Origin: a virus | Taxonomy: Duplodnaviria > Caudoviricetes | Virus record (IMG/VR): IMGVR_UViG_3300029448_000429 | Span: 1 to 24,241 of that record | Reading direction: 5' to 3' (one strand) | Length of the DNA: 24,241 nucleotides | In this document: positions 16,342 through 24,241 of the stretch, one piece after another | Numbering within the stretch: the first letter of the stretch is position 1 | How the letters are laid out: every line of letters starts with the position of its first letter | The notes under the pieces: generated by a model | The model's database searches: none | Told to the model about the DNA's origin: nothing | The model's input: only the letters and a program-made list of their open reading frames with translations | Position numbers and translations under genes: made by a program

Positions 16342-16782
16342 CTATGTGTTATTTAATTTATAACAATATTCAATTGTGAATATCATTCTACAACTTGCAA
16401 AAGGTGCACTTTCACCAGTTGTTACAGTCTCTACTCTTGAGAGCCTAATATCTTCTACAGTAGAATCTAATGTTCTATCTGCCATTAGTGTATTTTCAAT
16501 AGCTTCTACAGCAATGTTCCGCTGAGTATCTCTTGAACGTCCACCAATTAACAATACAAGATCTATTTCCATAGTACCTCTGCGTTGTAACCCATCAGTT
16601 CCCATTGACATAGTGATATCTTCAATGTCTTCATCAGATGTTTCAACATATACTGCTGGAAATGCTGTTTTTGGTAGTTCATTAGGGTCAATTGGATCTC
16701 TCTCAACTTTACCTAACTTAACACTACGTTGTTTCTTTAGTTCTTTTATAACAGCTGATAATATATCTTCTCTTCTTGCCAT
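16342..16782 (-). CDS. Tail terminator protein (lambda gpU-like, 146 aa)
   Basis: MARREDIL, FPAVYV and IENTLMADRTL patterns; lies upstream of the tail tube gene. Confidence 0.75.
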   Translation of the reverse strand: MARREDILSAVIKELKKQRSVKLGKVERDPIDPNELPKTAFPAVYVETSDEDIEDITMSMGTDGLQRRGTMEIDLVLLIGGRSRDTQRNIAVEAIENTLMADRTLDSTVEDIRLSRVETVTTGESAPFASCRMIFTIEYCYKLNNT

Positions 16783-17198
16783 TATCTGTACAACCTATCT
16801 TGTGATACCTGCTTGACATCTTCAATGCCAATAGATCCATCATTTTCAAAGTCATACTTTATACCAATACCAAACTGTAGTTCCCACTCTTCATTGAATC
16901 TATCTTTGTAGAAAGATAGTTGTTCTCTAAAAGGGTCACCTTCAGGTCTGAATGTACTTAACTTTGGTAAGATATAGGCATATAAGGCTTGATATACTGT
17001 TGTCTTTGTCCATTGTGACTCTACAAGTTTACTTGCATTGTATTGATCTCTGCTGTAAAACTTATTGAACCATTTAAATTGAATCAAGTTCTTAACATCT
17101 TGTTCAGCCTTGGCTAATTCATCTGTCCAATCATCAACTCCCTGGTCAAAAACTTCAGGTGCATATTCTTGTAAATTGTTATTTGTGCTAAACGCCAT
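16782..17198 (-). CDS. Head-tail adaptor/connector protein (138 aa)
   Basis: First gene after the capsid gene; size and helical character fit. Call rests mainly on synteny. Confidence 0.65.
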   Translation of the reverse strand: MAFSTNNNLQEYAPEVFDQGVDDWTDELAKAEQDVKNLIQFKWFNKFYSRDQYNASKLVESQWTKTTVYQALYAYILPKLSTFRPEGDPFREQLSFYKDRFNEEWELQFGIGIKYDFENDGSIGIEDVKQVSQDRLYR

Positions 17199-17216
17199 AT
17201 ATATTCTCCTGTAGTA

Positions 17217-17239
17217 GTTGGGGGAATAGTTCCCCCAAC
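17217..17239. terminator. Stem-loop after the capsid gene (attenuator or mRNA-stabilising hairpin)
   Basis: GTTGGGGGAA-TAG-TTCCCCCAAC, a 10-bp perfect stem with no U-tract on the minus strand. Confidence 0.55.
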
Positions 17240-17253
17240 AGTATTAGTTATTA

Positions 17254-18102
17254 TTATGATTTCAATAAGATACCACGTGTTGAATCAAGTGTTGCTACGT
17301 TGAAGGCTATACTAGCTACAACGTCTACCCCAACAGCACTGGCTCTGTTATCTATATCTACTTTTACGCCACCTTGCATTGCGCCTCTTAAAGCATCTTG
17401 TGAGAAGATTGCCGCTTTAGTACCACTAACACCTGTGTTAGTGTCATTTAAGTACTGTGAAACATAACACGGAACGCCACTGATAGTACCAATTGCGCCT
17501 GTTCTCATTGCTTGGTTTTGTACGTCTGAAGCCGCAAAAGCTGATGAACCAATATCAGTCATAAACTCTTTGTATGCCGCCGCAGAAATAACTGCGTTTA
17601 GAGGTCCGCCCTCACCTGCCGCTCTGATAGCACCAATTGCTTCATAGAACTCTTTTAAAAGAGCTTGTGCACCAGTTTCAGTGATTGCTTGTTGTGTTAG
17701 GTTAGCCATCTCTGTTGATACCATAGTATCTACTTTAGCAGAAATTGCGTTACCCATGATTCTTGACATATTGTCTACGTCAACTCCACCAATTGCTCTT
17801 AAAACACTTCTAGCCGCAATCAGTTGTAAAGAGATAGTTTTCTTTGTGTCTGAAGGGATAACTGTTTCAAAGTCTTGTGGATTACCTGAACCACCTGCTG
17901 ATTCAGATGAGATAGCTGTAGCTGTTACAGAACCCATTACAGCAACTTGTGCTGATGCTGAGCCTGCTGGTACATCTACCATAGGTACTAGTGTACCTGG
18001 AAGGTATAAACTGTTTTCTTGTGCCGCGTATACCGTCTGTGATTGAAATGGGACCATTAAAGCGTCTAAATTTAGACCTGATCCGTAATTTGAGTTTGCC
18101 AT
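17254..18102 (-). CDS. Major capsid protein (HK97 fold expected, 282 aa)
   Basis: Follows the scaffold gene. MGNAISAKVD and GAIGTISGVPCYVS capsid-like motifs; followed by a strong hairpin. Confidence 0.85.
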   Translation of the reverse strand: MANSNYGSGLNLDALMVPFQSQTVYAAQENSLYLPGTLVPMVDVPAGSASAQVAVMGSVTATAISSESAGGSGNPQDFETVIPSDTKKTISLQLIAARSVLRAIGGVDVDNMSRIMGNAISAKVDTMVSTEMANLTQQAITETGAQALLKEFYEAIGAIRAAGEGGPLNAVISAAAYKEFMTDIGSSAFAASDVQNQAMRTGAIGTISGVPCYVSQYLNDTNTGVSGTKAAIFSQDALRGAMQGGVKVDIDNRASAVGVDVVASIAFNVATLDSTRGILLKS

Positions 18103-18121
18103 TTTATTATTTCCTTTTTAG

Positions 18122-18799
18122 TTAAATTTGACCTTGAGTTTTCATATCTTTATAGATCTTTCTATGCTCAGGTCTATTCATATCAAGTTGTGTAAGATCA
18201 ATATCTTTTTGATCTACATTATTAGTGTTACCTTGACTGCCAGTACCTTGTGGTCCAGCGGCCTTGAAATACTGATGACTTGATAAGAACTCTTCAACTA
18301 AATTATCAACAGACATTGGGTCAGCTTTGTCTGTATATCTGGGTTTACCCTCTGAATCAATAACTGTTACGCTACCGTCATTTGCTAGTTTTAAATTCTT
18401 TCTCAATAATTGAGCAACGTGTTCTGGTGCTACTGCTTTCAGCTTTGAAGCTGAATTTATCAATGCACCGTCTACTTTGATACTTTCTAATTCACCACGT
18501 AATGTAGATATTTCACTATCTGCTTTCTCACGTTGTTTCTTTAGTAGCCCATCAAAATCATTTTTCTTGATTAATTGCTCTTCCTCAACCTGTTCTTTCA
18601 AACTTTTGAGTGCTTTGTATTCTTCCACGTCAACACCGTCATATTTTTTGTTGACTTGGGCAACACGTTTACCAATTAATTCATTAACCTCTTCTTGAGT
18701 AAATGTTTTAACTGATTGTTGGTCCTGGTTATCTATTTGGCCTGTTTCAACAGAGCCAGTCTCTGTTGCTTCAGTATTACCATGAGTTTCTGTTGTCAT
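18122..18799 (-). CDS. Capsid scaffolding protein (225 aa)
   Basis: Acidic N-terminus, KTFTQEEVNELIGKR motif, coiled coil and a G-rich linker near the C-terminus. Confidence 0.85.
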   Translation of the reverse strand: MTTETHGNTEATETGSVETGQIDNQDQQSVKTFTQEEVNELIGKRVAQVNKKYDGVDVEEYKALKSLKEQVEEEQLIKKNDFDGLLKKQREKADSEISTLRGELESIKVDGALINSASKLKAVAPEHVAQLLRKNLKLANDGSVTVIDSEGKPRYTDKADPMSVDNLVEEFLSSHQYFKAAGPQGTGSQGNTNNVDQKDIDLTQLDMNRPEHRKIYKDMKTQGQI

Positions 18800-18855
18800 G
18801 TCAAATCCTTTGTTTGGGGTTTTGATATACTATTGTATACCAACGTTTATACGTT

Positions 18856-18863
18856 TATTTATC
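18856..18863 (-). promoter_or_regulatory. Late-type box GATAAATA upstream of scaffold/capsid
   Basis: NATAAATA in the short intergenic gap ahead of the genes expected to be most highly expressed. Confidence 0.6.
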
Positions 18864-18866
18864 ACC

Positions 18867-19736
18867 CTAATCTTCTTCATTTTCTATGGGTACCCAGTAG
18901 TGGAGACAGTTATAACCACCTCTTACTACAAATGGATCACCTGGTGATTTACCTGCCCAGCTACCACTGTCCCATATGTTTTGTATTTCATCTGCTGATA
19001 ATTGTTGTCCTAACATTTCTCTACAAAACGGTCTGCTTTTTTCTACAATACCACCTTCATATCTAAACCTTTCAGTTCCTATATTGTTGGCACGTGCTTT
19101 GCTAAATGCACCATCAAATTGTCCTACTGTATTTTCTGATGTAGTTTTTAAGATAGCGTTTAAACTTGCACTGGTATTAACATCTCCTGGTAACTTACGT
19201 TTGATAGTGGCAACTACTGCGGCTAATTCAGCACCAGTGGCACCTTTCTTCATCATTCTACGTAACTTACGTTGTTCACGTCTTACATCAGGGTTTGAAC
19301 TTTCCATTTGTATTCCGCTAATTCTTCCTCTTACTTGGTTAACCAAACTTGCTGTGGTTACACCTGCTACTGTACCTAATGTTACAACAGTTAAGATATC
19401 TTGGGCCCCTGAGTTGACTGCTGTACTCATATTGTCTTGACTTTGTGCCAGCAATGCTGTTTGTGCAACAAGGTCTGCATTTTGTACAGGTAGACTACTT
19501 TGTGTTAGGTAGTCTTGACTTATGTCTATCAGGGGTTGAGCCACTGTACGGATGCTTTCTGAATATTTGTTGTATGCACCTATAATCTGTGGTCTTACCA
19601 ACTCTAATGGTAGCCCTTGTGCTACCAAATCTGCTATTTCATTTTCTAATGACTTGATATTATCAAACGCACCTGCTTGTATTTCATTTAGTGTACGTTG
19701 TAAGACTCTGTCATGTTTTTTAGTATTGAATGCCAT
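18867..19736 (-). CDS. Minor head protein (Mu gpF/SPP1 gp7-like, 289 aa)
   Basis: Follows the portal gene; YEGG...SRPFC and GGYNCLHYW motifs. Confidence 0.8.
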   Translation of the reverse strand: MAFNTKKHDRVLQRTLNEIQAGAFDNIKSLENEIADLVAQGLPLELVRPQIIGAYNKYSESIRTVAQPLIDISQDYLTQSSLPVQNADLVAQTALLAQSQDNMSTAVNSGAQDILTVVTLGTVAGVTTASLVNQVRGRISGIQMESSNPDVRREQRKLRRMMKKGATGAELAAVVATIKRKLPGDVNTSASLNAILKTTSENTVGQFDGAFSKARANNIGTERFRYEGGIVEKSRPFCREMLGQQLSADEIQNIWDSGSWAGKSPGDPFVVRGGYNCLHYWVPIENEED

Positions 19737-21214
19737 TACTCACCTTCATGTGTGTAACCCATTTCACCTAATGCTAGATGTTCTTCATGTGTTTGTGCTA
19801 CAGTTGTCTCACCCGTTTCTGGGTTTGTCATTTCATGTGGTACAAAGTCACCTTTGTCCATATCATTTAAGATGGCACTTTGTTTAGCGGCATCATCAAT
19901 GCTTACTGCAACAATCTGTTTGTTCAATTCATCTTGGAACATAGGATTAGTAACACCTGCACTTTTGGCTTTTAGTAAGAATTCTAATTCTAGGAATTCA
20001 TCTCTTATATCAAATGATTCTGGATACTCAATGCTGAAGTTATCTGGATAGTTTAGATTTTGCCAATCTAACCAAATATCCCACATCAATAATTCAGTTT
20101 CACGTAGTGTATCAGCAATGTCTGATAGCTTGGCGTTTAAAAGTTGTCTTTCTGTTTGTAATGCTACACCTGACATTGGACTACCTGTTGTAGCTTGTAT
20201 TGCACTTGTATGTGTCATACGTTGAATAGCTTGTACACTATTGCTTATTGCTTTTAATATACTGTCTGTTGTACTCAATGCTGGTGATAACAAGTAAGGT
20301 TTAAGACCTGCGTCAGTACCTTCTTCTAAATTAAGAATACTACCTGCACCTGCTACTGCATCAACACTTGTTGGTTTAACCAATGTAGGATGTGAACTTA
20401 TTCTCAAGTGTTGTTCAATTTCACTCAAACAGTTGTATATAAACTTTTGTTGATCTGCTACATCTGCAACCAAACTTAAACCAACACCTTTGATGGGTGA
20501 TTTAAGTGGACTATGATGTACAAATGGAATATAACTTAATGGGTTAACATATTCTTCAAAGTCCATTATTTTCTTTAGTTCACCACGGTCTGACTTTGCT
20601 ACTTTGTACTTGCATACTCTGTCTTCATACCATGTAGTGAATACAACATATTCATCATTTTCTGATTCTCTTACTTTGATATATTTTAATGTTAGTTTGC
20701 CTGCTGTATTACGTTCATAATACCAGTCTAATACATTCTGTGGTGTATACATAGCCGCATAAGCACGGATTGACATAGCAATCTCTTCTGCTTGTGTTTC
20801 TACTTTGTAGTTTGGTTTGTCTACTAGTATCCATGTTGACCCATGTACCATAGCAAGGTCATTTGCAGTCTTTAAGAAACTGTCAAAACTTTGTCCTTCT
20901 TGGTCTGTGTCTTCTAACCATTGTTCTACCAATGGATTGTTTATCAATAGACCTAAATCTCTTTTAGGCAATGTACGGAATAAGAAACTTCTGTAAATAT
21001 CTACAGTTGTTTGTACGTGATTATCAAGAGGTGTACTTGCAATACGTTTTGCATATTGATCACCTGGGCCTTGATTCTCTCCAATGTACTGTGTAAGGTA
21101 ACTGCCTGATTTATATATCTCACCACCAACGTAACTTTTGTAATGATAATTTGCTTGGTCAGCTACTTCAGCATAATGAGGATGTGTTTTTTTTAATTGT
21201 TCTAATGTTAACAT
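19736..21214 (-). CDS. Portal protein (492 aa)
   Basis: Immediately follows TerL; size and IPFV / SGVALQ motifs fit portal proteins. Confidence 0.88.
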   Translation of the reverse strand: MLTLEQLKKTHPHYAEVADQANYHYKSYVGGEIYKSGSYLTQYIGENQGPGDQYAKRIASTPLDNHVQTTVDIYRSFLFRTLPKRDLGLLINNPLVEQWLEDTDQEGQSFDSFLKTANDLAMVHGSTWILVDKPNYKVETQAEEIAMSIRAYAAMYTPQNVLDWYYERNTAGKLTLKYIKVRESENDEYVVFTTWYEDRVCKYKVAKSDRGELKKIMDFEEYVNPLSYIPFVHHSPLKSPIKGVGLSLVADVADQQKFIYNCLSEIEQHLRISSHPTLVKPTSVDAVAGAGSILNLEEGTDAGLKPYLLSPALSTTDSILKAISNSVQAIQRMTHTSAIQATTGSPMSGVALQTERQLLNAKLSDIADTLRETELLMWDIWLDWQNLNYPDNFSIEYPESFDIRDEFLELEFLLKAKSAGVTNPMFQDELNKQIVAVSIDDAAKQSAILNDMDKGDFVPHEMTNPETGETTVAQTHEEHLALGEMGYTHEGE

Positions 21215-21245
21215 ATGTTTACTTCCTATAGGTTATAACCCTTTG

Positions 21246-21253
21246 TATTTAGC
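21246..21253 (-). promoter_or_regulatory. Late-type box variant GCTAAATA upstream of the portal gene
   Basis: CTAAATA variant in the TerL-portal gap. Confidence 0.45.
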
Positions 21254-21256
21254 ATA

Positions 21257-22495
21257 TCAATAATGCCCAAATAACTGTGGCCCGTTGTGCTCTGGCACTG
21301 GCCTACGTATAGGATTAATCCAATGTATCAAATAACCAACGGCATCATTCATGTGAGAATAGTCTTCACCTGTTTCACCTTTGTTTGGAATCATTGTGTT
21401 CTCCCTATACGTTTGACTGCTGATACAACGTATAATTTGCTTACAACGTGGATCAACAGTTAGCTTTATGCTTCCGTCAACGGCTTTTAAACTGCTATTT
21501 ACAGCCGCTATTCTGTCTTTTACTGGTGGATTAATACTTTTAACTTTTAGTACAAATCCCTTTTGACGTAGTATGTGATGATCACTACTGTTACTACTTG
21601 TCTTACGTGCTTGACCACTTGCATCTGGATATACCCATATAGGGTTATCTGGATACCTACGTCTAATCTCATCTGCCATCTCATATGTGTTGCTTCCGTG
21701 TATAACAACTTCATCTATGAAATGTACTTGTTTGTCTACCACTCTGGCTATACCTGCTACCAATGGTGATACGTTAAAGTCCATAGCAACGTGTAGTATT
21801 TCTCTTTTTGGTAATTCTACATTGTTGCGTTTAACGTGCTCTTTAGCGTTCCAGTTATAGTATATTGTTCCAGCATATGTTTCAAAACTGGCTTCATATT
21901 CTTGCCTAAAACTCTTTTCATCTAATTCTGTTTTGGCGGCTTCTATCTCTTCAGGTGGAACATTACCACCTTCTAATGTAGTGTATTGGAATGCACTATA
22001 ATTCTCCATATGTTGTGCGTTTGTCCATAGATCAAATATCCAACTGTTCTTACCACGTGGTGTAGTAATAAACATGGCACCACCTTGTTGATCAGATAAT
22101 GCTGGACGGCAAACTTCTTGAAACATTTGCTTGTCTATAAGAGCCGCTTCATCCATAATCATATAACTCATTGATCTACCTCTTAACGTGTTTATATTGT
22201 CTGCACTACACAGATATATCTTACTGCCATTCTTCAAAGTGATTGTCAAATCACTTTCATTAATTTTTTTAGCCCATCTACAGTCCAACATCTTTTGTTT
22301 CAAATCATCCCACAGTATCTGTTTACACATCTTGTATGTTGGTGCAATATAGAATACCTTTTGATTGGGATGCCTTGCCGCTTTGGCTATTTGGTGCATA
22401 CTTAAAAATGTTTTGCCCCAACGTCTACCAGCAACAACAACCTTAAATCTGCTGTCATTATTTGCAACTTCTGCCTGTGTTGCACTCAATGGCAC
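21257..22495 (-). CDS. terL: Terminase large subunit (412 aa)
   Basis: Walker A AGRRWGKT, Walker B IMDEAA, motif III TTPRG, nuclease AMDFN and HMNDAVGY. Confidence 0.96.
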   Translation of the reverse strand: MPLSATQAEVANNDSRFKVVVAGRRWGKTFLSMHQIAKAARHPNQKVFYIAPTYKMCKQILWDDLKQKMLDCRWAKKINESDLTITLKNGSKIYLCSADNINTLRGRSMSYMIMDEAALIDKQMFQEVCRPALSDQQGGAMFITTPRGKNSWIFDLWTNAQHMENYSAFQYTTLEGGNVPPEEIEAAKTELDEKSFRQEYEASFETYAGTIYYNWNAKEHVKRNNVELPKREILHVAMDFNVSPLVAGIARVVDKQVHFIDEVVIHGSNTYEMADEIRRRYPDNPIWVYPDASGQARKTSSNSSDHHILRQKGFVLKVKSINPPVKDRIAAVNSSLKAVDGSIKLTVDPRCKQIIRCISSQTYRENTMIPNKGETGEDYSHMNDAVGYLIHWINPIRRPVPEHNGPQLFGHY

Positions 22496-22755
22496 TATTT
22501 CTTACCTTCTACTTTTTCTACTTTTCCTGTGTTTACATACAAGCCAAACCACGCCGCGCCTGCTCCAACTACTACACTTACAAAGCCTGCTTGTGCGTTT
22601 GTTGGTTCTGGCATTGCCATAAACCAAGCTGTTACACTATAGAAAGCATAACAGTACATTGCCATTAATAGTCTTGGAATCAATCTCCAATTACCCATTA
22701 GTTCTGGCAGTTCACATTTAAAGAAATGCCATATGTTTTTGATAATGTTTTTCAT
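22495..22755 (-). CDS. Two-TM membrane protein, putative holin (86 aa)
   Basis: Two hydrophobic segments (LIPRLLMAMYCYAFYSVTAWF and GFVSVVVGAGAAWFGLYV) and a charged C-terminus. Confidence 0.6.
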   Translation of the reverse strand: MKNIIKNIWHFFKCELPELMGNWRLIPRLLMAMYCYAFYSVTAWFMAMPEPTNAQAGFVSVVVGAGAAWFGLYVNTGKVEKVEGKK

Positions 22756-22799
22756 TACTTCTTGCCGTACTTTTTCTTCTTTTTCTTTTTATAAGCCAT
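22755..22799 (-). CDS. Lysine-rich micropeptide MAYKKKKKKKYGKK (14 aa)
   Basis: Exactly fills the gap, with TAATG stop/start overlaps at both ends. Confidence 0.65.
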   Translation of the reverse strand: MAYKKKKKKKYGKK

Positions 22800-23005
22800 T
22801 ATATTTTATCTCCTATGTAACCAACAACAATTGATACCACCATGAGTCCCAATACCCAGTATAGCCTGCTGTCCATTTTTTCTACATTCTTTTCTATCTT
22901 TGAAACATCACGTTCTAAATGGAAAAGATGATTATCCTTTATTACTTTTATGTCCTGTTTAATCTCAGCTATATCATCTGTGTTCTTCTTGGTTTGATCT
23001 GTCAT
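22799..23005 (-). CDS. Coiled-coil protein with a C-terminal TM (XhlA-like, 68 aa)
   Basis: Start moved to the ATG at 23005, just after the TerS stop. Heptad pattern followed by LYWVLGLMVVSIVVGYI. Confidence 0.65.
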   Translation of the reverse strand: MTDQTKKNTDDIAEIKQDIKVIKDNHLFHLERDVSKIEKNVEKMDSRLYWVLGLMVVSIVVGYIGDKI

Positions 23006-23006
23006 C

Positions 23007-23357
23007 TTAATCTTTCCATGGTAATATTTGCGTGTCATCACTGTCTAAATTATTTTCAGACTGCATAAGCACGTTCTTTCCAAGCCAAATTTGCATAGTA
23101 ACATTGTTCTTTTCTACAGCGTTACGCCATTGTGCTCTACGTAATGCAATCTTACCCAATGCTTTGCCTGTTTCCATTTCCATCTTGAAATGTCTGTTTA
23201 GAGTATCTGTGCTTACGCCTAATACAAATGCTATTTCTTTGTTGTTACATTGTATCTCACATAACCTACGCAATACTTCTACATCAACCTTTGCTTTGGG
23301 TCTGCCTTTTGTTTTGTCCTGTTTTTCTTCAGTTTTGTTAGCCTCATTTTTACTCAT
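23007..23357 (-). CDS. terS: Terminase small subunit (HTH type, 116 aa)
   Basis: GRPK, EIAFVLGVSTDTL HTH and LRRAQW...NVTMQIWLGKN motifs; upstream of TerL. Confidence 0.82.
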   Translation of the reverse strand: MSKNEANKTEEKQDKTKGRPKAKVDVEVLRRLCEIQCNNKEIAFVLGVSTDTLNRHFKMEMETGKALGKIALRRAQWRNAVEKNNVTMQIWLGKNVLMQSENNLDSDDTQILPWKD

Positions 23358-23374
23358 GGTAGAGTCCCTTCTTA

Positions 23375-24241
23375 TTAGTGTAGGTCAACCCAAGCACCGT
23401 TCACACGGGCCTGCACCTTGTTTGTTGTTGTATTCAATATAAGGTAACCATTTTGAACGCCACTCAAATTACCACGTTCTGTTGTGGTATAACTTGGAAG
23501 CAAGAATGGTACATTTGATTTGAATCTTTGTCCATCAACGTCTGCTTGACCATTTGATGTACCTTGAACTGCACCTTCAACATTTGATGTTGTTGTTCCA
23601 GTTGCATTGTTGACACTGATAAATTTAACTCTGTTACCAATACCATTTGCTTGATATTCAACATTGAATCTACCAACTGTATGCGTTGTTACATCATCTG
23701 CCACTTGGAATGTTAAACTGTTTTGTACATTGTCCAATATACCATTACCACTTTGTAGATAACCATCTAATAACAGAGTCATACTGTTGTGTAATTGAGC
23801 TTCAGTAGCATGACTGTCTTCCATGTCTGTGATAACTTTCAATGCGTGTGGTTGATCTTTGGTTGCATTAACGTTTGTTTTACCTGTGATGTTAACATTG
23901 TCTGAGTCTACATTACCAACTACCATATCAATATCATTGGTACTTGTTAGTACAATGTTGTTTGTGCCAAGACTCTGTATTTCTATGTTTGAACCTGATT
24001 GACCTTTGATTATATTAGCATCAACAATGTTGACACCATTCAAGTCAAGTTCTTTGCTTAACTGTACTTGATCACCACGCAACTGAGCATATAGAACACC
24101 ATTAACACCCAATACAATTCTGTCATCTCTTACAGTTATATCACTGTCTGCACTTGCACCACTTGCTAATAGACTTACTCTATCACCTCTTAATGCAAGA
24201 CGTTTGTTTGATGTTGTTTCAGCATCAATGTCAAATTGATT
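23375..24241 (-). CDS. Tail fibre / receptor-binding protein, C-terminal part (gene starts at 708)
   Basis: The frame stays open to the window end and through the repeat. C-terminal LPSYTTTERGNL...GYLILNTTTNKVQARVNGAWVDL is a fibre-tip-like motif. Confidence 0.85.
   Translation of the reverse strand, partial: NQFDIDAETTSNKRLALRGDRVSLLASGASADSDITVRDDRIVLGVNGVLYAQLRGDQVQLSKELDLNGVNIVDANIIKGQSGSNIEIQSLGTNNIVLTSTNDIDMVVGNVDSDNVNITGKTNVNATKDQPHALKVITDMEDSHATEAQLHNSMTLLLDGYLQSGNGILDNVQNSLTFQVADDVTTHTVGRFNVEYQANGIGNRVKFISVNNATGTTTSNVEGAVQGTSNGQADVDGQRFKSNVPFLLPSYTTTERGNLSGVQNGYLILNTTTNKVQARVNGAWVDLH
24059..24241. repeat. Terminal direct repeat / circularisation overlap, right copy
   Basis: 180 of 183 nt identical to 1-183. 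Confidence 0.97.

Noticed and set aside
2260-21253. TATAAATA boxes as archaeal or eukaryotic TATA boxes
   Set aside because: Four TTGACA-17-TAnnnT promoters and AAGGAG RBSs indicate a bacterial host.
269-23442. All plus-strand ORFs in the track (e.g. 269..748, 13923..14300, 18976..19440, 23032..23442)
   Set aside because: They are antisense shadows of well-supported minus-strand genes, or overlap structured non-coding DNA, with no recognisable motifs.
1055-23676. Short nested minus-strand ORFs (1055..1237, 6118..6309, 23464..23676)
   Set aside because: They are alternative frames fully inside larger, better-supported genes.
1-24241. Classification as a PICI, cf-PICI, P4-like satellite or prophage
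   Set aside because: I recognise no integrase, AlpA, primase or att-flanked host DNA, and the element encodes both head and tail.

Overview
The window looks like a complete, circularly permuted genome of a small tailed (siphovirus-like) bacteriophage of about 24,058 bp. Bases 1-183 recur at 24059-24241 with 3 mismatches, and a tail-fibre gene reads in frame across the join. Every credible gene is on the minus strand. It encodes a full virion module (TerS, TerL, portal, gpF-like minor head protein, scaffold, capsid, adaptor, tail terminator, tail tube, HK97 gp10-like protein, frameshifted tail chaperones, tape measure, a very large Dit-like protein, hub, NlpC/P60-like protein, tail tip and fibres). 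It also carries two small membrane/holin-like genes, an N4/N6 DNA methyltransferase, an HTH protein and several small unknown genes. I recognise no DNA polymerase, primase, helicase, integrase, sigma factor or endolysin. The intergenic DNA has four near-consensus sigma70 promoters and seven T4-type late-promoter boxes (T/G)ATAAATA plus a CTAAATA variant. Four of these promoters fire into ORF-free structured segments, three of which display anti-Shine-Dalgarno sequence. The main hypothesis (inference) is a full-virion mini-phage that borrows late transcription and replication from a T4-like helper phage and carries small regulatory RNAs. Protein family calls come from motif recognition and synteny; no database search was run.
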